Origin: Ignavibacteriota bacterium | GTDB taxonomy: Bacteria > Bacteroidota > Ignavibacteria > UBA10030 > UBA6906 | NCBI GenBank assembly: GCA_963801355.1 | Contig: CAWDEM010000008.1 | Span: 1,280,001 to 1,344,000 of the forward strand | Reading direction: 5' to 3' | Length of the DNA: 64,000 nt | In this document: positions 36,426 through 46,773 of the stretch, piece by piece | Layout of the letters: the number at the start of each line of letters is the position of its first letter | Numbering within the stretch: position 1 is the stretch's first letter | The notes under the pieces: model-generated | Database searches by the model: none | The model's input: the letters and a program-made list of their open reading frames with translations, nothing else | What the model was told of the DNA's origin: nothing | Program-made: the position numbers and the translations under genes

Positions 36426-39083
36426 CTACTTCAGAAGCATCATCTTCTTGATCGCAACGTACGAACCTGCCTCCAAACGATACAGATAGACGCCGGTAGC
36501 CAGGTTGGTGGCGTTAAACGTCACCGTGTGATTCCCGGCGGTCAACTGACCGTTCACAAGCGTGGTCACGCGTTGACCCAGGATGTTGTACACAGTCAAC
36601 TGCACGTTGGAAGTGCTCATCAACGAGAAGTTGATTGTCGTTGTCGGGTTGAACGGATTGGGATAGTTCTGGTCCAATGCAAAGGCAAATGGTTGTTCGC
36701 CAGGGTTGACACCGGCCACCACTTCCTCTTTGATCAATTGGACATAGTCGATGTTCACACCCGATCCGCTCAGCGTGAAGACATGGTCGCCGGCTGTCAG
36801 CGCAAACACACCCGAATACACGTCGTTACCTGTCGAGTCCGGAATGCTGCCGCCGGGTTTCGTCTTGAACGGCAAGACAGGGCTGGTGATGGTAGTCGCC
36901 CCCTCCTTCAGCGTGAGTGTCGCGCCTGCACCTGCAAGGTTCTGGCCGAAGACGCGCAGGTGGTAATTGCCTGCAACCTTCGGTTTCACAGTGAAGGTCA
37001 AACCTCCGTTCGTGCCCATCTCAACGAACTTGAATCCGGCAGCCACCCAGGTCACGCCCACTGCACCCGGCGTAACCAACACTGGGACGGCGTCGGGGGC
37101 TTTCAACTTGATTGTGTCTGTCGTGCCACGCTTCACGATTTGGACTTCGGCGAATCTCACCGTGCCCCATCCGCCGCCCACAACCCCGATCGTGTGCGTG
37201 CCTGCGGTCAGGGTGAAGAGATTCTGAGTGGTAGCCGAATCACCCCAGGGAGAAGTGACCATCACTGAGTCCGCAACAATGGGAACCCAGATCCAATCGT
37301 TGTTCGGCTGACCCGCTGCCGGTCCAAGGAGCGGGTCCATGACGAACTGACCCCATCCATGCGCCCTGTCGACAAACGTGGCGCCATCGATCGCCAGGCA
37401 TGGACCGCTTTGACCGCGACCGGTCTCGTGAACCAGCCATTTCGTATCATACTTGCCGGCATTTGTGATATTGACCGTCCAGGTAATTGACCCGCTGCCA
37501 TTATACTCGAAGTATGTGAGCCCTTGGGTCGACTTGATGGCTGCGGGGGCTGTAAGTGTGGTGTTTTCCGCCTGGATGGTGGAATCCAGTGTGGTGACTA
37601 TTACCTGACCCGCGAGGTTCTCCACCGTCTTAACTTTGCCGGCCTGGTCTGCGAGGAACGTCGCTTTGCTTGTTGGGAACCAGTTCAGATCTCCGATGGG
37701 AAGACCATCTGTGCCGGCGGTCAACATGCTGGCTTCGGTGTAGGCGAAATTCTCCGGCAATGGCCAGGTGTAATCCGTCCACGCCGAATTCTGTTTGTAC
37801 ACGAACTGCGCTCCTGGGGTAAGGTTCGCACGGAGAGTCCGGATGCACGCCCACATCGAATCAATCATCGATCCGGTCGAGGTCGTGTACTGCGGCTTCT
37901 GCCAGTTGACGTCATTGAGCGGGTCAAACATTCCGGCCGGATAACCGCTCAACCATACCGTGTCCTTCACATACATATGGTTCCCGCCTGCGACGGTATA
38001 GAGGTTTGAGAAGTCCAGTTTTGAAATCGGATCCATGAAGTACGCCCGCTGGACGCCATCGGTGGTGTACAGCGCAGTGAAGCGCGGGTCGAGATAAGCG
38101 TAGTTCTTCGCGACGACTATTCGCCGTGCTTCATTGGGAACACCGTACACCGACGGCAACGGCCCGATGGTAAAGAGTCCGTTATACGTCTGCCGCGGAT
38201 CACGGCCGGTGGCGGTCAGGTCAGACGTTCCTTCTCCCTGCCAGAAGCCGTTGATGATGAGGTTGTTGGCGAAGTAGCCATTCTGCCACCAGTTGCCCTG
38301 GACAAGTTGACGTCCGCATTCCACAACGGTGTTGTGGTTGAACCGGACATACTTGGCCGAGCCGCCTTCGATCTGGAGGACGAAGCACCCGGTGTTAAAG
38401 AAGGTGTTGTTCTCCACGATGACCGAATCCTGGTCCGCCCAAATGGAAATGCCGCGTCCGGTCCACTGTTGCGTGATGGGCCTCTCGACGAGATTTCTGA
38501 ACTTATTGTTGGTGTAGGTGATCTTGTTTCCCGACCCCGTGAAAGCGATCGGCGCGAAGTTCGACTGCTCGATGATGCAGTTATCGATGATGAATGTCGA
38601 ATTGTTGGCAGTCATCGTGATGAACTGATAATTACTCGTTTGCGCACCGGTGCTCCAACGGCCCGTGATGTAGAGGTTCTTGAACGTCACATCCGCGAGA
38701 CCTGTAAACATACGGCCGTCAGGATTGCCGCCTGATGCAGTCAGCACACTCTGTATATACGGCGGGTTCTCCATGAAAGTGGTGCCGGCCGGTTCACCCA
38801 CGAGGCGCAGTGGGAACGTTTTTCCGTTCTGGCTGTTTTCTATACGGTTTGCCAGCCAGTACAGACCTCCTTTCTGCAACTTGTACACACGGTTCATGTT
38901 CACTCTGCTGCCGTTGGCCAGGGTGTCTCCCAAGATGACATTGCGGAGTGTGTCGATCGTGGGATTGATCCCATCTTTCGACCAGGGGACAACGAGCGTA
39001 TCCTGTGATCGAACCAGCTGTGCCGGCCAGAGGATGGCCAGCACCACGAGAACCACAAGGAAAAGCGTACTGAGGTGTTTCAT
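36426..39083 (-). CDS. Large secreted protein of unknown function: beta-helix-like region, putative CBM-like domains, T9SS-type C-terminal domain
   Basis: Signal peptide; Asn-rich repeats (IIDNCII, YTNNKFRN, VENNTFFN, FNHNTVV, FANNLIIN); GLPIGDLNWFP; IQAE and NIDYVQL CBM6/35-like motifs; DQNYPNPFNP; GGAGGAG RBS. Confidence 0.8.
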   Translation of the reverse strand: MKHLSTLFLVVLVVLAILWPAQLVRSQDTLVVPWSKDGINPTIDTLRNVILGDTLANGSRVNMNRVYKLQKGGLYWLANRIENSQNGKTFPLRLVGEPAGTTFMENPPYIQSVLTASGGNPDGRMFTGLADVTFKNLYITGRWSTGAQTSNYQFITMTANNSTFIIDNCIIEQSNFAPIAFTGSGNKITYTNNKFRNLVERPITQQWTGRGISIWADQDSVIVENNTFFNTGCFVLQIEGGSAKYVRFNHNTVVECGRQLVQGNWWQNGYFANNLIINGFWQGEGTSDLTATGRDPRQTYNGLFTIGPLPSVYGVPNEARRIVVAKNYAYLDPRFTALYTTDGVQRAYFMDPISKLDFSNLYTVAGGNHMYVKDTVWLSGYPAGMFDPLNDVNWQKPQYTTSTGSMIDSMWACIRTLRANLTPGAQFVYKQNSAWTDYTWPLPENFAYTEASMLTAGTDGLPIGDLNWFPTSKATFLADQAGKVKTVENLAGQVIVTTLDSTIQAENTTLTAPAAIKSTQGLTYFEYNGSGSITWTVNITNAGKYDTKWLVHETGRGQSGPCLAIDGATFVDRAHGWGQFVMDPLLGPAAGQPNNDWIWVPIVADSVMVTSPWGDSATTQNLFTLTAGTHTIGVVGGGWGTVRFAEVQIVKRGTTDTIKLKAPDAVPVLVTPGAVGVTWVAAGFKFVEMGTNGGLTFTVKPKVAGNYHLRVFGQNLAGAGATLTLKEGATTITSPVLPFKTKPGGSIPDSTGNDVYSGVFALTAGDHVFTLSGSGVNIDYVQLIKEEVVAGVNPGEQPFAFALDQNYPNPFNPTTTINFSLMSTSNVQLTVYNILGQRVTTLVNGQLTAGNHTVTFNATNLATGVYLYRLEAGSYVAIKKMMLLK

Positions 39084-39150
39084 ATTACTCCTCCAACGAT
39101 TTGTGGCTGGGTACATCGTGAATTAGGTACTCCGCGTACTGCCGGTACAT

Positions 39151-42144
39151 CTACAACGTGAATCGCACACCGACATCCATTGTGAAGCCGTAGTACTCCA
39201 GATATGAGGGGTTGGTCATGGTATATCCCCGGTAGGTCTCATCATGCCTGTTGTTCAGATTGTTCAGGTTTGCAAAAAGCTGGATCCCCCAACCCAGTTT
39301 CTGCTGGAGCGTGATGTCCCACCGGTAGTAATCTGCAACGAACGTGTCCAGAGCCTCATCGATAGCAATGAAGCTTGTTCTGTCGGATTGGTAGAGGAAA
39401 ATCACTCGGCCGGAAAATCCTTCATAATCATACCCGACGCTGACGTTGACGGTATGGGCCGGTTGGTCGGGCATGCGTGCCGTCCGTGCGGACTCGACGA
39501 GTTTCTTTTGATAGAGAGGAGGACGATGGCCCGGGATGATGATGTCCGTGGGGACAACATTGAAGAGCTGTTTGTGTGTTTGCGAATAGATGCGCGTGTA
39601 GTTGACGTTCAACACGATTCCCTGCAGGATTGAAGGGAGGTACCAGAAGTGCGTCTGCCACTCGACTTCGAATCCTTTATAGATTGCACGAGCCGGGTTG
39701 TTGGTATACGTGTCGAGCTGGAAGCTGTTGTCGCTAAGCCAGCGTGCAGGGATGTTCAAGCCGTCTGGTAGCGGATACCCCGGATCGTCCGTTCCCTGGG
39801 GCTGTGTGTAGTAGATCGTGCTCTGGAGAATCAAGTCGTACACGTCTTTGTAGAAGCCCGAAAGCGAGAACAGACCTATGTCGTTGTCAAACACCGAGAT
39901 CGACGCATCCCAATTGTAGGCATGTGCCGGCTTCAGCAGCGAATTGGCGGCCCGGCAGTAGTTGTTGTTGGAGTTCATTGAAGTGATCGGCGCGTACATC
40001 ATGTAGTCCGGCTGCGTCAGCGTTTCTGTCCGCGCGAGCCTGATCTTCACCCAGTCCAACGGTGAAAGGGTCAGTTGCACCATGGGGAGCCAGAACTGGT
40101 TGTCACGCTCCACGTACAGCGGGCTCAAATCCGTGGGGGCCTGTTCGACGTTGCTGACTTTGTTGGCTCTGAACACCTGACCGTGGTAGGCGGTGTAGTA
40201 GCGTTCCCAGCGGACCCCGGGCAACAGCGTTGCAAACCGGGCGATATTCAGCTCGGTCATCAGGTAGACTGCTTGATAGCGTTCGATGCCGCTGTAGTCG
40301 CGCCCAAGGCTCCCTACCCCGTACTGTTTCCATTCGGTGGTCGAGCTCAGGGCATCTGTGAATTTGTTGAGTAACCCGAGGTTTGCCACCATCCCCTGCG
40401 GCCAGGTGCCGCCGAGGAAGTTGTCGCGCGAATAGTTGTAGTCAAGGAATCGCGTAATGGGAAGCTGTCCCCACTTCCGGGCGAGCGTGGAATCTTCCTG
40501 CCAGTTGAACTCATCGGGATACAGCTCGGCAAGCTTCTTGAGCGCGGCTGTCAGCGGCGCATTCACGGAGGTTTGTCCGTACTGGAGTCCGTCACGGCCC
40601 CAGGATGTCTCATCATTTGCCCTGTTCAGCCACCGATATGTCCCGCCGATTTTCACGTAACCGTTCACTTCATCGATGATACTCACAGGCATCGCAACGT
40701 TCACCTGGAAGGAATTCTGATATTCCCATCTCCTCGTGGAATTGATGTACGCGTCTCGAAATCCGGTTCTGTTCGAATCGACGGTTTCCAGCGCCGGAAG
40801 GTCAAAAGGATACGTGTCAAGGGGTGCATTGGGAAATGCGTTATTCTCCTGCGCAAAACCCCAGGTGCGGCTCATCGGATTATCAGAGTACGAACCGGCT
40901 CTGGAAAGGCTGACATCAAATTTTACCAGATCATAATCCTGCTTGAGACCCAGCGCCGCGGTGAAGATGTTCGTCTTGGATTCTTCCTGCTGGAAGTCAT
41001 AGTAGTGTGAGCCGTGTTCGCGATCAGGCCTGTTCGTGCGCCATGTGAGATCGGTCCCCAGCTGATTGTAGAAACCGTTCGCGGTGACTTTCCCGAAGGG
41101 GATAGTGTAGTCCAACAGGAGGCTGCCTCCGGCACGTTTGCGCATCACACTTTCGTCTCTCAACTGGACGTCCTGAATACCGACGCTCACCTTGTCAGCG
41201 ATTCTCCTTGTCAGGTACGAGCCCTGGAACTTGTCCGCAGCCCGGTTGTATTTGTCGGTATTGAGGCTCGCGATGACGCCGAGGTCGCCGTCGAGAAACC
41301 GGCTGCTCCAGTTGCCCGTGAACGCATAGTTCCCGTAGTAATTCTGGATCCGGTTATATCCCATCTGAGCCGAAAAGTTGAGTTGAGGATCGACGGGCGC
41401 CTCTCTCAGCTTGAGATCCACCGTGCCGCCAAGGGCGGCCGCCTCCATGTCGGGCGTGTTTGCCTTCTTCACCTCAATGCCGTCGAGGATGTTCGAAGAG
41501 ATCATTGAGAGGTCCACACTGCGGTCGTCCCCGCCGGTTGCAGGAAGAGCCACGCCGTTTACCGTGATCGTGTTGTATTTGGCGGAAAGGCCGCGTATGA
41601 CCACCGTGCTCGCTTCGCCGTTCGACCGGTTGATGGCGACGCCCGGAAGCCGGCCGATGGACTCTGCTGCATTCACATCGGGCAGCTCCTTGATTCTGGC
41701 AGCGGAGACAATGTTGGAAATGGTGTTGGAAGCAAGTTGCTGGTTGATTGCCGCGTTCTGCCCCTGCGCCTGAGCGGTAACAAGCACCTCTTCACCCTCG
41801 AGGGTTTGTGCCGTGAGGCCGATTTCGAACTCCAGCGTCGCATCCGCCGTCACATTTTGCTCGGTGTTCTGCGACACATACCCCACGTATGATGCTTTGA
41901 TCACCTGCCTCCCGGCAGGAACATTCCGGATTTCGAATTTCCCGTCGAGGTTTGTCGCAGCACCCAGCGATGTGTTGAGGACTATGATGTTCGCCCCCGG
42001 AAGCCCGTCTCCGGTCTTCTTATCGAAGACCCGCCCTTTGACGTTGCCGGTTCCCTGGCCGAGTGAAGTGCAGGGCACCAGCAGTACGGCCAGAAGAATG
42101 GCCAGCGCATGTGTGTTTCGCAAGTTGTAGAGACTGTACGGCAT
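39151..42144 (-). CDS. TonB-dependent receptor with carboxypeptidase-regulatory-like N-terminal domain
   Basis: GNVKGRVFD...LPGANI, IKELPDVNAAESIGRLPGV plug, C-terminal GVRFTL; GAGGAGGAG RBS before ATG 42144. Confidence 0.93.
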   Translation of the reverse strand: MPYSLYNLRNTHALAILLAVLLVPCTSLGQGTGNVKGRVFDKKTGDGLPGANIIVLNTSLGAATNLDGKFEIRNVPAGRQVIKASYVGYVSQNTEQNVTADATLEFEIGLTAQTLEGEEVLVTAQAQGQNAAINQQLASNTISNIVSAARIKELPDVNAAESIGRLPGVAINRSNGEASTVVIRGLSAKYNTITVNGVALPATGGDDRSVDLSMISSNILDGIEVKKANTPDMEAAALGGTVDLKLREAPVDPQLNFSAQMGYNRIQNYYGNYAFTGNWSSRFLDGDLGVIASLNTDKYNRAADKFQGSYLTRRIADKVSVGIQDVQLRDESVMRKRAGGSLLLDYTIPFGKVTANGFYNQLGTDLTWRTNRPDREHGSHYYDFQQEESKTNIFTAALGLKQDYDLVKFDVSLSRAGSYSDNPMSRTWGFAQENNAFPNAPLDTYPFDLPALETVDSNRTGFRDAYINSTRRWEYQNSFQVNVAMPVSIIDEVNGYVKIGGTYRWLNRANDETSWGRDGLQYGQTSVNAPLTAALKKLAELYPDEFNWQEDSTLARKWGQLPITRFLDYNYSRDNFLGGTWPQGMVANLGLLNKFTDALSSTTEWKQYGVGSLGRDYSGIERYQAVYLMTELNIARFATLLPGVRWERYYTAYHGQVFRANKVSNVEQAPTDLSPLYVERDNQFWLPMVQLTLSPLDWVKIRLARTETLTQPDYMMYAPITSMNSNNNYCRAANSLLKPAHAYNWDASISVFDNDIGLFSLSGFYKDVYDLILQSTIYYTQPQGTDDPGYPLPDGLNIPARWLSDNSFQLDTYTNNPARAIYKGFEVEWQTHFWYLPSILQGIVLNVNYTRIYSQTHKQLFNVVPTDIIIPGHRPPLYQKKLVESARTARMPDQPAHTVNVSVGYDYEGFSGRVIFLYQSDRTSFIAIDEALDTFVADYYRWDITLQQKLGWGIQLFANLNNLNNRHDETYRGYTMTNPSYLEYYGFTMDVGVRFTL

Positions 42145-42243
42145 AGACTCCTCCTCAGGAAGGTGTCGTTCCGGCTGTTGACGATCGTTTTCTCGTTCGA
42201 TCAACACAAGTCAGGCTTGCAACTCCCCCGGGTCTCTTGCCAG

Positions 42244-44073
42244 TCATAGGACAGAGGCAGTCCGGTAAGTGATCACGACTCTGCAGATCTGCACTCCCTC
42301 ACGCATCGGGATTTTGACAAAGCGGGTGCCGGGAGGAAGTTGATCCGATGTAAATGATACCGCGTCGTGGAACCTGTAATCATTCGGGCCAAACCGGTAC
42401 ATCCGGGACTTCAGGGGAACGTCTTTGAGCATTCCCAGCGCGGAGTCGGCAGCGGCAGCCAGAGTGAGACCGTCACCCGCGCAGACGGCATCGATCGCGA
42501 CAGACAAGGCTTCCCCCGGAGTCTTGTACAGGATATAGCTCCCCTCTTTTCCCTCAAGCCTGCTTCTGTCTTCTTTTGCCTGCCGGATGTTCTGAAAGGT
42601 CAGGAGTCTCAGATCGCCGTCCTTCTGAAACACCCGGTCAAAGGAATCCATCTCGTCCACAAGAGCCGAGGCATGGACCGTGATCGGTCCGACGATATTC
42701 GAATAGTCGGAGATCCCGGATTCATTTCTTGCCTGCACGCGATAGAAGTAGCGCCCCCCGATGGCGGCGTCCTCATCGTTGAACAGAGGTCTGTACTGGT
42801 ACCTGCTCTCGTCGACATCCGTGGCGACAACGCTCCACTCGAGGGAGTCGGCATGCCTCCGTTCCACCGCATACGACCGCGCTCCGACAGAACCCCTCCA
42901 TGAAAGTGCCGACACATCGTTGCACTCAAGAAGAATAGGTGCGGCGGGCAGAGGCATGCGCGGAGGCAATACCCCGTCAATCTCATGTGCTTTGTCACGT
43001 ATGAGGCTCAGGACCATGCGCTCGTCGTAGGCATCGCCGTCGGGGAATCCGGGCCAGCGGTATGACGAGTACCCGTTGTATTCGTAGTGATGATAGAATC
43101 CGCCATCCCGGTTGCGAAACCGCAGACTCCACAGCAAGCCCCCGGTCAAACCCAGACGAATAATGGTGTCGGTGATTGCCCGGATGTCCTGCGTGGGAAC
43201 AATGCCGTACTCCCCGATGAAATAGGGTTTCTTCCCCTTCACCTTTTCCCAATTCGAGACGATTGCGTCAAGCGACACGCGGGGATCGCGATAGTGATGC
43301 GTGCTGAGGATATCAAGATCGGGATTGTCTATGGCGTCCTGGGATAACTCCCGCGCATGCGTACCCTCGATGAGGAGATGGTTTCTGTCCTGGCTTTTGA
43401 TGTACGCGGCAATCTCTCTTGTCCATGAGAACGGAGTCACGAGCTCGTTGCCGGTTTCCCATGCCAGGATCGCCTTGTCATTTTTGTAGGGGATGCCGGT
43501 GAAGGTGTTCCGGCGGTTGATCACGAAGTGGATGGTGCTCTTTACATCCGCGATAAGTTCGGGGTCAACCCAGAATTCATCGGCGGCTTTTCCGCGGAAC
43601 GCGGCATACTCACGCGGTCCACCCCACCACCGCCAGTTATCAACGAAGGGTATGATGAGGCGCACGCCGGTCTCATTGGCGATCTGCAGAACCTTATCCA
43701 GAGCCCTGAATGCTTCTTCATTGAACTTCCCCGGCGCCTCGACATGCCGGATGATGTCAGGTCTGTCGTCTTCCCTGCGGACCGAGAGTACATAGATGCG
43801 TGCAACCTTGCCGCCGATTTGCCTGATGGCGCCCAGGGCATCGCGTATCTCGAACTCGTCGGGGAGCCTCCAGGGGTTCGTGCCGGAAAATGGGAAATAG
43901 TCTTCGACGTAGTGGAGATTCGGCACGTTGAAGGATATGAAACGGTATGGGCTGCCCCCCTCCAGCAACCTGTCACCGTCCCGGATGATGAAGTCATTGA
44001 ACTGCGCCGGCGCACTGCCCCTAAAAAGCAGCATGAGGATGGAAAACAGCAAGGCTGTAAAACGAGAGCTCAT
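42244..44073 (-). CDS. GH5 glycoside hydrolase, probable endo-beta-mannanase
   Basis: RLIIPFVDNWRWWGG, ILAWETGNE (acid/base), FIGEYG (nucleophile); C-terminal FN3-like extension. Confidence 0.85.
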   Translation of the reverse strand: MSSRFTALLFSILMLLFRGSAPAQFNDFIIRDGDRLLEGGSPYRFISFNVPNLHYVEDYFPFSGTNPWRLPDEFEIRDALGAIRQIGGKVARIYVLSVRREDDRPDIIRHVEAPGKFNEEAFRALDKVLQIANETGVRLIIPFVDNWRWWGGPREYAAFRGKAADEFWVDPELIADVKSTIHFVINRRNTFTGIPYKNDKAILAWETGNELVTPFSWTREIAAYIKSQDRNHLLIEGTHARELSQDAIDNPDLDILSTHHYRDPRVSLDAIVSNWEKVKGKKPYFIGEYGIVPTQDIRAITDTIIRLGLTGGLLWSLRFRNRDGGFYHHYEYNGYSSYRWPGFPDGDAYDERMVLSLIRDKAHEIDGVLPPRMPLPAAPILLECNDVSALSWRGSVGARSYAVERRHADSLEWSVVATDVDESRYQYRPLFNDEDAAIGGRYFYRVQARNESGISDYSNIVGPITVHASALVDEMDSFDRVFQKDGDLRLLTFQNIRQAKEDRSRLEGKEGSYILYKTPGEALSVAIDAVCAGDGLTLAAAADSALGMLKDVPLKSRMYRFGPNDYRFHDAVSFTSDQLPPGTRFVKIPMREGVQICRVVITYRTASVL

Positions 44074-44144
44074 TAGGCGTAGCCCGGAAGGTCAAGGGAA
44101 CCATCTGTGCCCGTACAGGCACATTTCTCCCCACGTACACGGCG

Positions 44145-44160
44145 GCAAGCTTAGTGCCAA
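44145..44160 (-). promoter_or_regulatory. Sigma-54 (-24/-12) promoter of the GH5-TonB receptor operon
   Basis: Minus strand TTGGCAC-TAAGC-TTGC, a perfect TGGCAC-N5-TTGC match about 70 bp before ATG 44073. Confidence 0.85.
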
Positions 44161-44252
44161 ACTGGGAGAACGAGCTTTCGCCCAATTGAACGGTAAAATA
44201 ACGGAAAAAGCAAGCTGAACCTCTCCGCAATGCCCATCTGTAATCCCCGAAA

Positions 44253-44286
44253 ATATCATAGTAATAAGGTATGCTCAAAATGATAA
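44253..44286. promoter_or_regulatory. Putative activator binding site (tandem palindrome)
   Basis: ATATCA-TAG-TAATAA (44253-44267) and TGCTCA-AAA-TGATAA (44272-44286), offset 19 bp. Confidence 0.6.
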
Positions 44287-44300
44287 AACCGGGGCCAACC

Positions 44301-44316
44301 GCAACCGCATTGCCAG
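44301..44316 (-). promoter_or_regulatory. Second sigma-54-like -24/-12 motif
   Basis: Minus strand CTGGCAA-TGCGG-TTGC; one mismatch to consensus. Confidence 0.45.
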
Positions 44317-44388
44317 CCCTAAACGACACAACAAAGCGAGAACGGTTTTTGCATATTTAAAGATAATTCAATCTGAAAGGAAAGCACC

Positions 44389-45615
44389 GTGACACATCGC
44401 TTCCGGGTCGCATGCGCAGTCCTGTTCCTACTCCCCTGCGTCACCTTCACACCCCTCCGGGCACAGAAATTCGATGGTCTTGCATTGACGCCGCCGATGG
44501 GGTGGAACAGTTGGAACAAGTTCGGTTGCGCTGTCGACGAGCAGTTGATCCGCGGGACGGCCGATGCCATGGTCTCGCGCGGGATGATTGCCGCCGGGTA
44601 CCGCTATCTTGTGATTGACGATTGCTGGCAGGGGCAACGGGACAGCCTCGGGTGGATTCGATCCGATCCGCTGCGGTTTCCCTCCGGCATGAAAGCCCTG
44701 GCGGATTACGTACATTCCAAAGGGTTGAAGTTCGGCATTTACTCCTGTGCCGGCAACCAGACATGTGCGGGCTATGCCGGCAGTCGCGGACACGAGTACC
44801 AGGACGCGCTGACCTATGCACTTTGGGGAGTCGATTACCTCAAGTACGATTGGTGCAACACCACCGGGCTGAATGCCGCTACGGCGTACGCGACAATGCG
44901 CGATGCCTTGTTTGCAGCGGGAAGACCCATTGTGTTCAGCATCTGCGAGTGGGGAGACAACCAGCCCTGGCTCTGGGGAAAAGAGGTCGGCCATCTCTGG
45001 CGCACCACCGGCGACATCGCCCCCTGTTTCGATTGCGAAGTCAACCACGGCACCTGGTCTTCCTGGGGGATCATGAAAATCGTCGATATCCGCAAGGGCA
45101 TCAGGCAGTACTCGGGTCCGGACCACTGGAACGACCCCGACATGCTCGAAATTGGCAATGGCATGACCGTCAACGAAGACCGGGTCCATTTTTCCATCTG
45201 GTGCATGATGGCCGCCCCCTTGATCGCCGGAAATGACATCATGTCCATGAGCGCGCCGACGCTGGAGATCCTGACGAACCGCGAGGTGATTGCCGTTGAT
45301 CAGGATTCGCTGGGCGTCCAGGGATTTCGCTACACTACCACACCCGAAGGCATCGAAGTGTGGGTGAAACCACTCGTGCGCGGTGATTGGGCTTTCTGCC
45401 TCCTCAATCGTTCCGAAACGGCTCGCGCCATACATGTCAAATGGCCGGAGTACAAACTGAGCGACGATATCTCCAAGCAGGCATTGGATCCCGGCATAGC
45501 CACTTTTGCCATCCGGGATCTCTGGAAGCAGCAGTCACTCGGGAACACACAGCAGGTGCTGCGTGCCACGATTCCTCCGAAAGATGTGCTGATGATGCGC
45601 CTCACGAAGCAGTAG
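44389..45615 (+). CDS. GH27 alpha-galactosidase
   Basis: TPPMGWNSWN, IDDCW, GVDYLKYDWC, WRTTGDI, WNDPDMLE motifs; signal peptide. Confidence 0.95.
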   Translation: MTHRFRVACAVLFLLPCVTFTPLRAQKFDGLALTPPMGWNSWNKFGCAVDEQLIRGTADAMVSRGMIAAGYRYLVIDDCWQGQRDSLGWIRSDPLRFPSGMKALADYVHSKGLKFGIYSCAGNQTCAGYAGSRGHEYQDALTYALWGVDYLKYDWCNTTGLNAATAYATMRDALFAAGRPIVFSICEWGDNQPWLWGKEVGHLWRTTGDIAPCFDCEVNHGTWSSWGIMKIVDIRKGIRQYSGPDHWNDPDMLEIGNGMTVNEDRVHFSIWCMMAAPLIAGNDIMSMSAPTLEILTNREVIAVDQDSLGVQGFRYTTTPEGIEVWVKPLVRGDWAFCLLNRSETARAIHVKWPEYKLSDDISKQALDPGIATFAIRDLWKQQSLGNTQQVLRATIPPKDVLMMRLTKQ

Positions 45616-45652
45616 ATCCATCACCCCAATGATCGTCATCAGGGAGATCACT

Positions 45653-46741
45653 ATGCGGATGCCGTTCAGTACTGCCCTCATTCTCGCCTGCGTCCTGGGA
45701 TGTGCGCAACTCCCCCTCCAGTTCACCTTCGCTCAGACGAATCCACAGTACAAGTGGTGGAACCAGCCGTATGCCGGAATGCCACAGGCAAGTGCCTCGG
45801 CGAAGGTCTTACCCCTGATCAGCGTCAGAGGTACGAGGTTCGTCGCACCCCCGGGAGACACCGTGATGTTCCGGGGCGTGGCACTCGCTGACCCCGACAA
45901 GATTGAGGCCCAGGGGCACTGGAACAAGAGCTTATTTGCCAGAGTGAAGGATATGGGGGCCACTGTCGTCCGCATTCCCGTCCACCCGATTGCATGGCGT
46001 GAGCGCACTCCGGGAAAATATCTGCAGCTGCTTGATCAGGCGGTTGAATGGTGCACGGAGCTCGGCATCTACGTCATGATCGATTGGCATTCCATCGGAA
46101 ATTTAAAAATGGGGCTCTTCCAGGATCCGGCGTACAACACCACGGAGCAGGAGACATATGAGTTCTGGCGCACCATCGCCCGGCATTTCAAGGGACACAA
46201 TACTCCCGCATTCTACGAACTCTTCAATGAACCTACCCTCTACAACGGCGAGCTGGGCAGGATGTCGTGGAGCGAGTGGAAGCAGATCAACGAGAACATG
46301 ATCAGCCTCATCCGGGCATTTGACCGGGAGAAGATCATTCTGGTTGCGGGACTTGACTGGGCGTACGATCTCACACCCATCCTCATTGAGCCTATCGAGG
46401 CCGAAGGCATCGGCTACGTTTCCCATCCCTACCCGCATAAACGCACAAAGCCCTTCGAGCCCAAGTGGGAGGAGAACTTCGGCTTCGCCGCCGGCCGGTA
46501 TCCCGTCGTGGTCACGGAGTTCAGCTTCACGCTCGGCAAGGGAGGCCTTGCCGACAACGCCGAGTACGGAGCCGCAATCATCAACTACCTGGAGGCAAAG
46601 GGCATCAGCTGGGTGGCATGGATTTTTGATCCCGATTGGTATCCGCGGCTGTTTGAATCATGGACGACATACAAACTCACGGAGGCCGGGGAGTTCTTCA
46701 AGCAGGCGATGGTGACAAGAGGAGCGAAGCAGATGAAGTAG
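45653..46741 (+). CDS. GH5 endoglucanase-like glycoside hydrolase
   Basis: VVRIPVHP, IDWH, YELFNEP, SHPYP, VVVTEF motifs; start set at ATG 45653 after AGGGAG. Confidence 0.88.
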   Translation: MRMPFSTALILACVLGCAQLPLQFTFAQTNPQYKWWNQPYAGMPQASASAKVLPLISVRGTRFVAPPGDTVMFRGVALADPDKIEAQGHWNKSLFARVKDMGATVVRIPVHPIAWRERTPGKYLQLLDQAVEWCTELGIYVMIDWHSIGNLKMGLFQDPAYNTTEQETYEFWRTIARHFKGHNTPAFYELFNEPTLYNGELGRMSWSEWKQINENMISLIRAFDREKIILVAGLDWAYDLTPILIEPIEAEGIGYVSHPYPHKRTKPFEPKWEENFGFAAGRYPVVVTEFSFTLGKGGLADNAEYGAAIINYLEAKGISWVAWIFDPDWYPRLFESWTTYKLTEAGEFFKQAMVTRGAKQMK

Positions 46742-46773
46742 CCCGTGTGCGGACAAAGACATAAAGGGATGAT

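Noticed and set aside
35715-37268. 517-aa plus-strand ORF and similar long antisense ORFs (3111-4145, 44428-45435, 53719-54723, 54868-56055)
   Set aside because: They lie opposite well-supported genes and show no motifs; expected in GC-rich DNA.
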